A DNA stretch of 64,000 bases from an uncultured Chloroflexia bacterium. Its GTDB lineage: Bacteria > Chloroflexota > Limnocylindria > Limnocylindrales > CSP1-4. The number at the start of each line of letters is the position of its first letter. Position 1 is the first letter of the stretch. Below the pieces are notes generated by a model that was not told the DNA's origin, searched no databases, and worked only from the letters and a program-made list of their open reading frames with translations. Location: positions 339,760 to 403,759 of the forward strand of contig CAVPHR010000006.1 in NCBI GenBank assembly GCA_963704775.1, written 5' to 3'. The position numbers were made by a program, and so were the translations under genes. Positions 40,345 to 51,183 of the stretch are shown here, one piece after another.

Positions 40345-41627
40345 GTGCTCGGCGTGGCGAGCCGACGGTCGTCGGCAGCGGTCGGCGGAGCCGGCGCCGC
40401 CGCGATGCCGCGACGACCGCGCACGGCACGAGCGCGACGCGTGGGCCGTCCTCGCCGTCGGTCGTCGGGCTGGGCCCGGTCGGGTTCGCGGTCCTGCTCG
40501 CGGCCGGTTCGGGACCGGACGGCGGATCCTCGAGGTGGCCGGCGAGCCGGGCGGCCCCGCGCGCTGGTGGCCGCGTCCGCGGAGGTCGAGCCCCGACGGC
40601 GTGCGCCGACGACGTGCGCTGAGCCTGGCCGTCGACGACCGCGATCGCGGCGGCGGCAGCGGACGCAGCCCGGATCCTGGCCCGGATCGACACCCTCGGG
40701 CTGCGCGTCGTGACCGTCGACGACGCGGCCTACCCGGTCGCGCCTGCGCGGCGATCGAGCTGCCGCCGCACCTGCTGTTCGTCCAGGGCGACGTCGCGGC
40801 GCTCGAGCGCGACCACGCGGTCGCCGTCGTCGGCACGCGCCGGGCGACGATCGCCGGCCGCGGACTGGCCGCGCGCGTCGCGGACGCCCTGAGCGTCGGC
40901 CGGTGCCACGGTCGTCTCGGGCCTCGCGCTCGGCATCGATGGCGCTGCCCACGCCGCGACGGTCGACGCCGGCGGACGCACGGTCGCGGTCATCGGCGGC
41001 GGCCACGGGCGGCTGTATCCGCGGGCCCACGCGCCGTCTGGCGCGGGCGATCGTCGACGACGGCGGCGCGGTCGTCTCGGAGTTCGCGCCGGACGTCGAG
41101 CCGACCAGAGGCACGTTCCCGCGCCGCAACCGGATCATCAGCGGCCTCGCCGACGCCACGGTCGTCGTCGAGGCGCCGGCGCAGGAGCGGCGCCCTGATG
41201 ACCGCCGTCGTGGGCGCTCGAGCAGGGCCGCGAGCTGCTTCATCGTGCCCGGGCGCCTCGACGATCCCGCCGTCGGCCGGCTGTCTCGCGTTCCTGCGCG
41301 AGTTCCGCGACGGCACCCGGATCGTGGCCGGCATCCCGCAGCTCATCGAGGACCTGGGCCTGGCCGTCCGACCCGATGCGCCGCGGGCCACGGCCCTGGC
41401 CGGTGCGACCCTGACCGAGCTCGGCGGCGACGACCGGCGGGTGGGGGAGGCCCTCGTCGCCGGCCACGTGACGGTCGACGAGCTGGTCGCGGTGACGGGC
41501 TTCCCGGTCGCGACCGTGCTCGGCCTCGCTCACGCTCCTCGAGCGCCGCGGCCTCGCAGTCGGCGTCTTCGGCCGGTACCGCCCCGCGGGCACGCTCGCG
41601 CTCGCGGATCCGGCCGCCCGACGCTAG
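40345..41627 (+). pseudogene. dprA: DNA-processing protein DprA (Smf), frameshifted
   Basis: Segments: [64 protein letters not shown] (ORF 40903..), [23 protein letters not shown], and the C-terminal winged-helix-like GHVTVDELVAVTGFPVATVLG. Confidence 0.8.
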
Positions 41628-41721
41628 CGAGCGAGGTCCGGACGGCCTGCGCGCCAGCTCCGCGAGCGTGCGCCGGGACCTCGGCTGATCGGACTCGCCC
41701 CGTGTGACCCGATGGTCGGGT

Positions 41722-41751
41722 TTGCCCTGGATTGCGTACCGATGCTAAGGT
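41722..41751 (+). promoter_or_regulatory. Putative promoter TTGCCC, 18-nt spacer, TAAGGT
   Basis: The hexamers are at 41722-41727 and 41746-41751. Confidence 0.35.
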
Positions 41752-41774
41752 GAGGCTCGGTCGCGACCCCCAAC

Positions 41775-43457
41775 GTGACCCGGAGACGCCAGAGCGGCAC
41801 CCCGCCGACCCCAGCCCTGGAGCGCTCTCTATTGCGAAAGCTGGCCATCGCGGTCCTGGCCGTGCCCATCCTCCTGTCGTCTATCTGAGCACCCTGCTGC
41901 GGTCGCTCGCTGGCGGTTCGGAGCGGATTCGCCATCGGCCTCGGGGCCATCCTCGCGTTCGGCGTCATCTTCACGATGCGCCCCGCGGACACGAGCGCGA
42001 CGCCGCCGAGCTCGATCCTGCCGGTCACCGCGGGCACGTTCCGGACCGTCGTCGCCACTGACCATGCCGTCGGCGCACCCGTCACGCTCGAGTTCAGCGC
42101 CCCGATGGACAAGACCTCGGTCGCCGCGGCCCTCGCGGTCACGCCGGCGACGAAGGTCGAGCTCGCCTGGGACGCCGCCGGCCGCGTCCTGACCATCGCC
42201 CCGCAGGCCCACTGGGCGGCCGGACCTCCACACCGTGACCGTCGACGCGGGCGCGCTGGCCGCCAGCGGGGCGCCGATGGCGAGCCCCGCGCGAGCCGCC
42301 TTCCTGACCCGGAGCCGGCCGGTGCCCAGATCGACGCGACGCAGGGCCTCGGCAAGCGGGTCGGTGTCGGGACCGCCTTCGCGATCACGTTCGACCGCGC
42401 CGTCGACGCGAAGTCCGTCATGGCCGGCATCCACCTCGAGCCGGCCGCGACCGGTACGATCACGGCAGCGTCGAGCGCCGGCGGCAAGACGAGCTACACG
42501 TTCACCCCGTCATCCGCGCTCAAGGCCAAGACGCAGTACCGCGTCGTCCTCTCCGGGGCCGTGGACGCCGAGGGCGTCGCGATCGAGCCCGCGATGCTCG
42601 AGGTCCGGACGATCGCGGCACCGGGCGTCGTCCGGTTCCGGCCGCGTGACGACACGTCGGCGGTCGCGCGCGATGCCGCCCTCTCGGTCCGGTTCACCCA
42701 GGCCATGGACAAGGCGACCACGAAGGCCGCGTTCACGGTCACCGTCGGCGGCAAGCGCCATCGCCGGCAAGATCAGCTTCGCCGAAGGCAACAAGGTGCT
42801 GGTCTTCGAGCCGGCCAAGAAGCTGCCGTACGGCACGAGGTCGTCATGGAGGTCGGCCCGACGGCGCTGAGCGCCGACGGTGCTGCGCTGGCCAAGGCCG
42901 CCAAGGGCGACTTCAAGACGGTCTCCAAGACCAAGCGCTCCTCGACCACGTCCACCGGCGGCAGCAGGCGGTGGCGGAGGCGGTGGCGGCGGCGGTCGGC
43001 GGCGGCAGCTGGGCATCGGTCGAGACGTACTACCTCGGCCTGATGAACTGCACGCGGACCGGCGGCTGGGTCACCTCGACCGGCCACTGCAGCAGCCCGG
43101 GCGGCCGCGCGTCGCCCCGCTCAAGCTCGACACGGGCATCAGCAGCAAGGTCTCGCGGCCGTACGCGCAAGAAGCTCGCGCTCGGGGCCGACTGCAGCCA
43201 CTTCATCGGCGGCAACCCGGGCGACCGGCTCCGCCGGGCCGGCTACAGGAACTACACGCTGGGCCGAGAACCTCGGCTGCCGGTCGGGCGGCGCCAGGGC
43301 GGCCGTGCTCGGCTCGCACCGCTTCTTCCAGTGCGAGAAGTCGTACAACGGCGGCCACTACGTCAACCTGATGAACACGAAGTACGACCGCGTCGGCATC
43401 GGCGTCTGGGTGTCGCACGGTCGGGTCCGGCTCGTCATCGACTTCTACCACCCGTAG
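41775..43457 (+). pseudogene. Membrane-anchored exoprotein with Ig-like (SbsA-type) repeats and a C-terminal CAP/SCP (YkwD-like) domain, frameshifted
   Basis: TM segment LAIAVLAVPILL. Repeated units of the form PVTLEFSAPMDKTSVAAALAVTP, FAITFDRAVDAKSVMAGIHLEP, LSVRFTQAMDKATTKAAFTVTV (ORF 41976..). CAP-like SWASVETYYLGLMNCTRTGGW and HYVNLMNTKYDRVGIGVW. TAG at 43455-43457. Confidence 0.55.
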
Positions 43458-43534
43458 TCCACCGGACCATCGGCGGGGCAGGCCCGACCCCATCGTCGGG
43501 CTGACACGGGCGTCGGTGCGCCGAAGATGGTCCC

Positions 43535-43877
43535 GTGATCCGACAACGCCTGCATCCACCTCAACAGCGAGCAGCCGCTGCTGGCCGACCTGTTCGACAT
43601 GCCGACCGCCATGGACCTCGGCCTGCGCTGCACGAACCTGCGCACGCTCGACGGCAAGCGACCGGTCTTCGTCGACGACCAGTACTCGGTCTTCTTCTTC
43701 CCGTACGAGCACGTCCGGTTCGTCGAGATCCCGCCATCGTCGCTCGCCGAGAACGGCGACCAGCCCGTCCCGATCGGCTCGCGACTGCGTGGCGGCGTGG
43801 ATCCGAAGGCCCCTCTGGCGCCAGAGGAGGACCTCGAGATCGACGAGGACTTCCTGCGCCGCATCCGCGAGGTCTAG
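43535..43877 (+). CDS. Small conserved-looking hypothetical protein with an acidic C-terminus; start uncertain (ATG at 43599 is the alternative)
   Basis: ORF 43599..43877: MPTAMDLGLRCTNLRTLDGKRPVFVDDQYSVFFFPYEHVRFVEIPP...EEDLEIDEDFLRRIREV. The same frame reads IHLNSEQPLLADLFD upstream, back to a TGA that overlaps the GTG at 43535. Confidence 0.5.
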
Positions 43878-43942
43878 AGCCTCCGGCGAAGCCACGGGCG
43901 AGGATCGCGTCCCGGCCCGGTGAGGGTCCGTGCAGGACCCGG

Positions 43943-43951
43943 TGCTACACT
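43943..43951 (+). promoter_or_regulatory. Extended -10 TGCTACACT, 7 nt before the topA GTG (leaderless)
   Basis: ggTGCTACACTcccggccGTG. A GGGTCC-gtgca-GGACCC hairpin lies at 43925-43940. Confidence 0.55.
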
Positions 43952-43958
43952 CCCGGCC

Positions 43959-46406
43959 GTGCCAAAGAACCTCGTGATCGTCGAATCGCCCGCCAAGGCG
44001 AGGACGATCGAACGCTATCTGGGCTCCGACTATCGCGTGCTCGCCTCCTACGGCCACGTCCGCGACCTGCCCGAGAACCCCGGCAAGGGCAAGTTCGGCG
44101 TCGACGTCGACAACGACTTCGCGCCCGAATACGTGATCAGCGACGACCGGCGCAAGCAGGTCGCCGACATCGAGAAGGCCGCCAAGGGCGCCGACACCGT
44201 CTTCCTCGCCACCGACCTCGATCGCGAGGGCGAGGCGATCGCCTGGCACGTGGCCGAAGCGGCCCACGTGCCCGCGGAGAAGACCCGGCGGGTCACGTTC
44301 AGCGAGATCACCGAGCCCGCGATCCGCGAGGCGTTCGCCCATCCCGCGCCAGATCGACCAGAACCTCGTCGACGCGCAGCAGACGCGCCGCATCGTCGAC
44401 CGCCTCGTCGGCTACACGCTGAGCCCGCTCCTGTCGCGCAAGGTCCGCGGCGGCCTCTCGGCCGGGCGCGTCCAGTCCGTGGCCGTCCGTCTGGTCGTCG
44501 AGCGCGAGCGCGAGATCACGCAGCTTCGTCGCGCGCGAGTACTGGACGATCGAGGCGATCCTCGAGGCGCAGGGCGGCGAGCGGTTCGCCGCCGAGCTCG
44601 TGCGCATCGATGGCGAGGCGCTCGACGTCAGCGACGTCGACACGGCGACGCGCCACGTCGAGGCCATCGCGCAGTCCCATCCGGTCGTCACCAAGGTCGG
44701 CGTCGCGGACGCAGAAGCGATCGCCTGCGCCGCCGTTCACGACCTCGACCCTGCAGCAGGAGGCCAGCCGAAGCCTGAGCTTCAGCCCGAAGCGCACGAT
44801 GTCGGTCGCGCAGCACCTGTACGAGGGCGTCGAGACCGGCGAGGGCCACATCGGGCTCATCACCTACATGCGGACGGACTCGACCGCGATGGCGGGCGTG
44901 GCCATGGGCGAGGCCCGCGAGGTCATCGCCGACCGCTACGGCGCCGACCTACACGATGCCCAAGGGCCGCGTCTACAAGACCAAGAGCAAGGGCGCCCAG
45001 GAGGCCCACGAGTCGATCCGACCCGACCAGCTTCCGCCGCGACCCGGATTCGCTCGCCGACCACCTCAAGCCCGAGGAGCTGCGCCTGTACCGGCTCATC
45101 TGGCAGCGGGCGATCGCCTCGCAGATGGCCGCCAAGGAGCTCGAGACCACCTCGATCGACCTGGCCGACGGCCCCTACGAGCTGCGCGCGTCGGCGACCA
45201 AGGTCCTGTTCGACGGCTTCGCCCGCGTCTACACCGAGGGCCGCGACGACGACGCCGCCGACGACGAGGACGAGGGGGCGAAGCTGCCGGCCCTGGCCGA
45301 GGGCGACCGCACGAGCGTGGTCGAGGTCACCCCGAACCAGCACTTCACCGAGCCGCCGCCGCGCTTCACCGAGGCGACGCTCATCAAGGCGCTCGAGGAG
45401 CACGGCATCGGGCGGCCGTCGACGTACGCGGCCACGATCTCGACGATCGTCGATCGCGGGTACGTCCGCGTCGAGGAGCGGCGTCTCCACCCGGAGCTCG
45501 TCGCGGAGATCGTCACCGACCTGCTCGTCGAGCATTTCGGCGACTACGTCGACGTCGAGTTCACCGCCCGGATGGAGGAGGAGCTCGACGAGATCGCCCG
45601 CGGCGAGCGTGAGTGGGTCCCGTTGCTGCGCGCCTTCTACGGGCCGCTGCGCGACCGCGTCGACGAGAAGCGCCGCGAGCTCAAGCGTGCCGACTTCACG
45701 ACCGAGCCGACCGACGAGGTCTGCTCGCGAGGGCCACCCGATGGTCATCCGGCTCGGGCGCAACGGGCGGTTCCTGGCCTGCTCGATGTATCCCCGAGCA
45801 CAAGGAGAGCCGACCGCTGCCGGGCGAGGAGCCGCCGCCCCAGGAGGGGACCGGCGAGGTCTGCCCCAAGTGCGGCGAGGGGACGCTCGTCGGCAAGCGC
45901 GGCCGGTTCGGGCTGTTCGTCGGCTGCTCGCGCTACCCGGAGTGCGACTACATCAAGCAGCGACGGCCCGCCGCCGCCGGACCCGCTGCCGTTCACGGTC
46001 GATTGCCCCAAGAACCACGACGGCCACCTCGTGCCGCGTCGCGCGCGGCGCACCGGGAACGTCTTCTGGGGATGCTCCAACTACCCGAAGTGCGACTACA
46101 CGACCAACGACGAGCCGCTGGGCGGCCTGCACGACACCGACGACGGCCCGCTCGCGCGCAAGGGCGAGGCGGCCATCTGCCTGGTCTGCGGCTCGACGAG
46201 CGACACCGCGCCCGAGGGCATCGTGCCGGGCGAGCGCTATGCGGGTGGACCGGCGAACCCGGCCGCGATCGCCCGACCGGCACGCACGGGACGCGGCGGC
46301 GGCGGTTCGCAGAGGCGCCGGGGGACGGGCCCGTGGACCGGCCCGCTCGACCGGTCGGGGCTCCAGCCGGCGGACACGCCCCGTCGAACCGGCCGCCGAC
46401 GCGTGA
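43959..46406 (+). pseudogene. topA: DNA topoisomerase I, multiply frameshifted
   Basis: Segments: [42 protein letters not shown] (ORF 43920..), [15 protein letters not shown] (third frame), [52 protein letters not shown], Zn-ribbon repeats CPKCGEGTLVGKRGRFGLFVGCSRYPEC and FWGCSNYPKC (ORFs 44600.., 45613..), and a basic tail. Confidence 0.9.
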
Positions 46407-47390
46407 GCGGGGTCGCCGTCGACCCCGCGACCCCTTCGGCCCTCGATCGCTTCCTCCGGACCCTCGCCGCACGCGACGCGTCGCCCCACACGCAGCGGTC
46501 GTACGCGACGGCGATCGGCGTCTACCTCGACTGGCTCGCGGCCCGTGGCGTCGACTGGCGGACGCCCGGTCGGGCCGACCTCCGTGCGTACCTCGGTGAG
46601 CTGTCCGGCGGCCGAGCCCGTTCGTCGGTCGCACAGCGCCTGGCCGCCATCCGCTCGTTCCACCGGTGGGCTGCCCGCGACGGCGTGGCACCCGGCGACC
46701 CGTGGGGCGCGATCGCCACGCCCCGGCTGCCCGGCCGCCTGCCCCGGGTCCTCGAGGCCGACGACATCGAGGCGCTGCTGGGCGTCGTCACGGCCGATCT
46801 CGCCCGGGCGGCACGTGCGGGTTCGCCCGACCGGGTCGAGCTGGCGACCGCCCTGGCGTTGCGCGACCGTGCGCTCGTCGAGACCGCCTACGCGGCGGGC
46901 CTCCGGATCAGCGAGCTGGCCGATGCGGAACTGGGTGCGCTCGATCTCAGGCGCGGCGAGCTGCGGGTGATCGGCAAGGGCCGCAAGGAGCGGGTCGGCC
47001 TCCTCGGGCGACCGGCCCGGGCAGCCATGGCCGCCTACCTCGAGGATGGCCGGCCGACGCTCGTCGGCCTCCGCACGGGCGATTCGGCGCCGCCGACGCA
47101 GGTCTTCCTGAACCACCACGGCGAGCCGCTCGGCGTCCGCGGCCTGCGCTATCGCCTGGACCGGCTGCGCCGTCGCGCCGGGTCTGCCCGACGGGGTGTC
47201 GCCGCACACCCTGCGCCACTCGTTCGCGACGCATCTGCTCGACGGCGGCGCCGACCTGCGCGTCGTGCAGGAGCTGCTCGGCCACGAGAGCCTGGCGACG
47301 ACCCAGATCTACACCCACGTGTCGCCCACGCGGCTCCGGGCGGCCTACCGGGAGGCGCACCCGCGGGCGCGTCGCGACACCGCTCCGTGA
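46403..47390 (+). pseudogene. xerC: Tyrosine recombinase XerC/XerD family, one frameshift near 47175
   Basis: Segments: ALDRFLRTLAARDASPHTQRSYATAIGVYLDWL, RDRALVETAYAAGLRISELA, GKGRKERVGLLG (frame of ORF 44600..), then [39 protein letters not shown] (ORF 47196..47390). The GTG overlaps the topA stop. Confidence 0.8.
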
Positions 47391-48958
47391 CCGCGACCCG
47401 CCATCTGGCGCGGGCGGGGCTGATCGTCTCCGCCGCGTTCCTCGCGTCGCGCGTCCTCGGCTGGGTCCGGACGATCGTCATCGTCCGCAACGGCGGCTCG
47501 CTCGCGGAACTCGACGCGTTCTTCGCCGCGTTCCGGATCCCGGACCTCATCTTCCAGCTCGTGGCCGCCGGGGCGCTGTCCTCGGCGTTGATCCCGATCG
47601 TGTCGGGCCTGTTCGCCACGGGCGAGCACGAGCGGGCCTGGCGGGTCGTCTCGACGGTCACCAACCTGATGCTCATCGGCCTCGCGGTCCTCGGCCTCAT
47701 CGTGCTGGTCGCGGCCCCGGCGATCGTCGCGTTCATCACGCCCGGCTTCGACGCCGCCCAGACGGCCACGACCGTCGAGCTGACCCGGATCATGATCCTG
47801 AGCCCGATCTTCCTGGCGCTGGGCTCGGTCGCGACGAGCGTCCTCAACGCCGGTGGCCGATTCGCCGCTTCGGCGATCGCGCCCGTGACCTACAACCTCG
47901 CGATCATCGGGGCGGCGCTGCTCCTGGCCCCGTCGATGGGGGTCGAGGGCCTCGCGATCGGCGTCGTGCTCGGGTCGCTCACCCATCTGCTGGTCCAGCT
48001 GCGACCGCTGGCCCGCCTCGGCTTCCGGTACGTGCCGGCGATCGACGTCGGCGACGTCGTCGCGCGCAAGGCCCTGACGCTGATGGCGCCCCGGGCCATC
48101 GGACTCGGGGCGTCGCAGATCACCTTTGTCGTCGTGACCTCGCTGGCGACCCTCCAGGGGCCCGGGGCGGTCACCAGTTTCAACGTCGCCTTCACCCTGC
48201 TCCAGATCCCGATCGGTGTCATCGGGGTGCCGCTTGGGATCGTCGTGCTCCCGTCGCTGTCCCGCGTCGCCGCGGTCGGCCGCGAGCCCGAATTCGTCTC
48301 GATGCTCACGAGGGCCCTGCGTTTGCTGGTCTACGTGATGGTCCCGATCGGGGCGCTGTTCGCGATCGTCCGCGTCGAGACCGTGTCGCTCCTCTTCGAC
48401 GACGGCAGCTATGACGGGGCAGCCCTGGCGCTGACCGCGGCGACGCTGTTCGCCTTCCTCGTCGGGCTGGCGGCGCACGCACTCATCGCGGTGCTGGCCC
48501 GCGCGTTCTACGCCCGCCAGGACACGCTCACCCCGGTCCTCGCCGCGGTGGGCGCGGTCGTCATCAACGTGTCGCTGGCGGTCGTGCTCGTCGGGCCGCT
48601 CGGGTTGCCGGGCGTCGCCCTCGCCATCGCCATCGCGGCCTGGCTGGAGGCGATCGCCCTCGTCGTCATCCTGGCCCGCCGCGTGGCCGGCTTCAGGCCG
48701 TCGGCCCTGCTTGGTGTCGGGCTGGCCTCGGCGGTCGGCACCGTCATCGCGAGTGCGGCCGGGCTGGCCGCGCGGGAGGTCCTCGAGCGGACGATCGGGC
48801 CCGACCCGGGCAAGCTCCTCCTTGCCCTGGAGATCATCCTGACCAGCGTCGCCTTCGGCCTCGTCTACGCGGGGGTCTCGCTCGCCTTGCGGATCCCGGA
48901 ACTGCCGTCTATCGTCGGGGTCATGGTCGACGTGCTCCGCCGCCCGCGACCGTCGTGA
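47387..48958 (+). CDS. murJ: Lipid II flippase MurJ
   Basis: Intact 523 codons inside ORF 44600..48958. Segments: [46 protein letters not shown]. There are many TM segments. The GTG overlaps the xerC stop (GTGA). Confidence 0.85.
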   Translation: MTATRHLARAGLIVSAAFLASRVLGWVRTIVIVRNGGSLAELDAFFAAFRIPDLIFQLVAAGALSSALIPIVSGLFATGEHERAWRVVSTVTNLMLIGLAVLGLIVLVAAPAIVAFITPGFDAAQTATTVELTRIMILSPIFLALGSVATSVLNAGGRFAASAIAPVTYNLAIIGAALLLAPSMGVEGLAIGVVLGSLTHLLVQLRPLARLGFRYVPAIDVGDVVARKALTLMAPRAIGLGASQITFVVVTSLATLQGPGAVTSFNVAFTLLQIPIGVIGVPLGIVVLPSLSRVAAVGREPEFVSMLTRALRLLVYVMVPIGALFAIVRVETVSLLFDDGSYDGAALALTAATLFAFLVGLAAHALIAVLARAFYARQDTLTPVLAAVGAVVINVSLAVVLVGPLGLPGVALAIAIAAWLEAIALVVILARRVAGFRPSALLGVGLASAVGTVIASAAGLAAREVLERTIGPDPGKLLLALEIILTSVAFGLVYAGVSLALRIPELPSIVGVMVDVLRRPRPS

Positions 48959-50077
48959 CGGACGCCGCCGGACCGACCGAGCCGCGGGACCTCACGCGAC
49001 CGTCGGCGTGGGACGCGTTCGTCGAGGCGAGCGAGCCCGGGTCCTATCTCCAGCTCTCGGCGTGGGCCGGCGTGAAGGCGGCCAACGGCTGGTCGGGGCA
49101 CCGGATCGTCGCGGACGGTGCAGGCGACGGCCCGATCGGCGCCCAGATCCTCGTGCGCCGGCCCCGCCCGATGCCGTGGGCATTCGCGTACGCCCCACGC
49201 GGCCCCGTGGCCACCGCCTGGACGCCGGCCGCCGATCGCGGCCTTCACCGAGCGGGTCCGGGCCGATCTCGGCGCGACAGCGGGGCGCGTGAGCCACGTC
49301 CGGATCGACCCGGAGATCGAGGCCGACGGGCCGCTCGACCCGGATCGAGCCCTGCGACTCGCTCTTCGGGCCGCCGAGTGGCGACCGGCGCCGGCCATCC
49401 AGCCGGCCTCCACGCGCGTCATCGACCTGGCGGCCGACGAGGGCGCCCTCTGGGGCGACCTGCGCAAGAAGTGGCGCCAGTACGTGAACAAGGCCAGGAC
49501 CGGCGGCGTGGTCGTCGTCGATGCCGACGGAGACCGCCTCGGGGACTTCTACCGGATCTACCAGGAGACCGCGGCACGGGCCGGCTTCCTGATCCGGACC
49601 GAGGACGCGTACCGCGACGTCTGGGAGGCGTATCGGCCGGCGGGCCGAGCCCGGCTGCTGTTCGCCCAGACCGCAGACGGCGAGCCCGTCGCGACGCTGT
49701 TCCTCGTCCGCAGCGGGCCGCGCGTCGTCGAGCCGTACGGCGGCATGACCGCGGCCGGTGCGGATTCGCGTGCCAACTACCTCCTGAAGTGGGAGGCCAT
49801 CCGCAGCTCGCGCGAGCAGGGCGCCACGAGCTACGACCTGTGGGGCCTCGCCACCGGCGGGATCGCCCACTTCAAGACCGGCTTCGGCGGCCGCGAGGTC
49901 CGCTACATCGGGGCGTGGGACCTCGTGCTCGATCCGCTCGGGCGCCAGGCATACGAGGCCGGCGTCAGCGGCCCGCGTCCGCTGGGCGCGGTGGCGCCAC
50001 CGGCGATCGGGTGCGACCGGCGCGCGCGGCCGCCGAGGGAGCCGAGGGAACCGAAGGTCTCGGGGGCCGACGGGTGA
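48955..50077 (+). pseudogene. FemAB-family peptidoglycan interpeptide-bridge aminoacyltransferase, copy 1 (one frameshift near 49230)
   Basis: Segments: SYLQLSAWAGVKAANGW, FAYAPRGP, then (ORF 49118..) LRKKWRQYVNKARTGGVVV, FYRIYQETAARAGFLIRTEDAY, GGMTAAGADSRANYLLKWEAIRSSREQGATSYDLWGL. Confidence 0.75.
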
Positions 50078-51183
50078 GCGGCCCGCACGAGGCGGCGCCC
50101 GCCGAGCTCGAGGACTGGGACGCCCGCGCGGTCGAGGCGCCCGGCGGGCACGTGTACCAGTCGCGGGCGTGGGCCGAGCACCGCCGAGCGTCGGGCTGGC
50201 AGCCGCGCTTCCTGGTGCTCGAGGACGGCGGCAGGGTGCTCACCCTGGAGCGTCCGTGGCCGCTGATCGGGGGCTCGAGCGCCTACGTCCCGCGGGGCCC
50301 CGCGCCGGTCGGCATCGACGGCGCCGCGCTCGCGGCCCGCCAGGTGGATGTCAGCGAGGCCCTCGCCGCGCTCGGCGTGGACGTCGTCGCGTCCGACCCG
50401 GAGGTCCCGGCCGCGGACGCGGCCTACGTGGCCGCGATCCGTGCGGCGGGCTTCGCGCCGATCGAGGAGATCCAGCCGTCGCGCCACCGGATCACGCTCG
50501 CGCTCGACGACGGCGTCGACGAGATGCTCGCGTTCGGCCACATCGCCAAGTCGACGCGGCAGCGGATCCGGGCCGCGGAGGCGTCGGGGCTGGCCGTCGT
50601 CCGTCACGACACGCGACTCGGCCCGGACGGGGTGGGGGAGGGGTTCGCCGAGCCCGCCGAGCCCGCCGAGGCCGCCCTCGACCGCTTCTACGACCTGTTG
50701 CTCGCGACCGGCGAACGCCGCCAGTTCACGTTCGGTCCGCGGGCCGGGTTCGTCGGCTGGTGGCGGGCCGCCCTCGCGGCCGGGCACCTCGTCTACCTCG
50801 AGGTCCGCGACGGAGGCGCCGACGGAGTCCCCCTGGCAGGCCTCGTCCTGTACCGCCACGGCGGCCGGCTCTCCACCGTGCATTCGGGCGACCGCGCCGA
50901 GACCCGCCGGACGCACCCGGGCGCCCTCCACCTCGCGCGCTGGCGGGCCATCCAGCTCGCGATCCGCGAGGGATCGAACGAGATGGACCTCGGTGGCGCC
51001 GACCTGCCCGGCGCGCGCCGCGAGCCGATCGACGGCGAGCCGATGTGGGGGCTGTACCAGCACAAGCTCGGGTTCGGCGGCCGATGGCTGGAGCTGGCCG
51101 GCGCCCACGAGCGCGTCATCCGGCCGCGGCGCTACGCGGCAGGGCGCCTTGCCGCCCGGGTCGCCCGGCTGGTCCGGCGATGA
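50074..51183 (+). CDS. FemAB-family peptidoglycan interpeptide-bridge aminoacyltransferase, copy 2
   Basis: Intact 369 codons within ORF 48955..51183. Segments: HVYQSRAWAEHRRASGWQPRFLV, SAYVPRGP, HIAKSTRQRIRAAEASGL, YRHGGRLSTVHSGDRAETRRTHPGALHLARWRAIQLAIREGSNEMDLGG. The GTG overlaps the upstream stop. Confidence 0.75.
   Translation: MSGPHEAAPAELEDWDARAVEAPGGHVYQSRAWAEHRRASGWQPRFLVLEDGGRVLTLERPWPLIGGSSAYVPRGPAPVGIDGAALAARQVDVSEALAALGVDVVASDPEVPAADAAYVAAIRAAGFAPIEEIQPSRHRITLALDDGVDEMLAFGHIAKSTRQRIRAAEASGLAVVRHDTRLGPDGVGEGFAEPAEPAEAALDRFYDLLLATGERRQFTFGPRAGFVGWWRAALAAGHLVYLEVRDGGADGVPLAGLVLYRHGGRLSTVHSGDRAETRRTHPGALHLARWRAIQLAIREGSNEMDLGGADLPGARREPIDGEPMWGLYQHKLGFGGRWLELAGAHERVIRPRRYAAGRLAARVARLVRR

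Noticed and set aside
1-47200. Programmed ribosomal frameshifting or transcriptional slippage as the explanation for the frame jumps.
   Set aside because: There are far too many events, several per gene in dozens of unrelated genes. Both directions occur, and no shared slippery heptamer or downstream pseudoknot is present. Assembly indels are the parsimonious explanation.
44600-48958. A 1452-aa ORF that looks like a giant TopA-XerC-MurJ polyprotein.
   Set aside because: It is an artefact. The three genes meet at GTGA overlaps, and indels in the topA tail and in xerC happen to bring them into one frame. The xerC catalytic C-terminus ([12 protein letters not shown]...) and its stop are in ORF 47196..47390.
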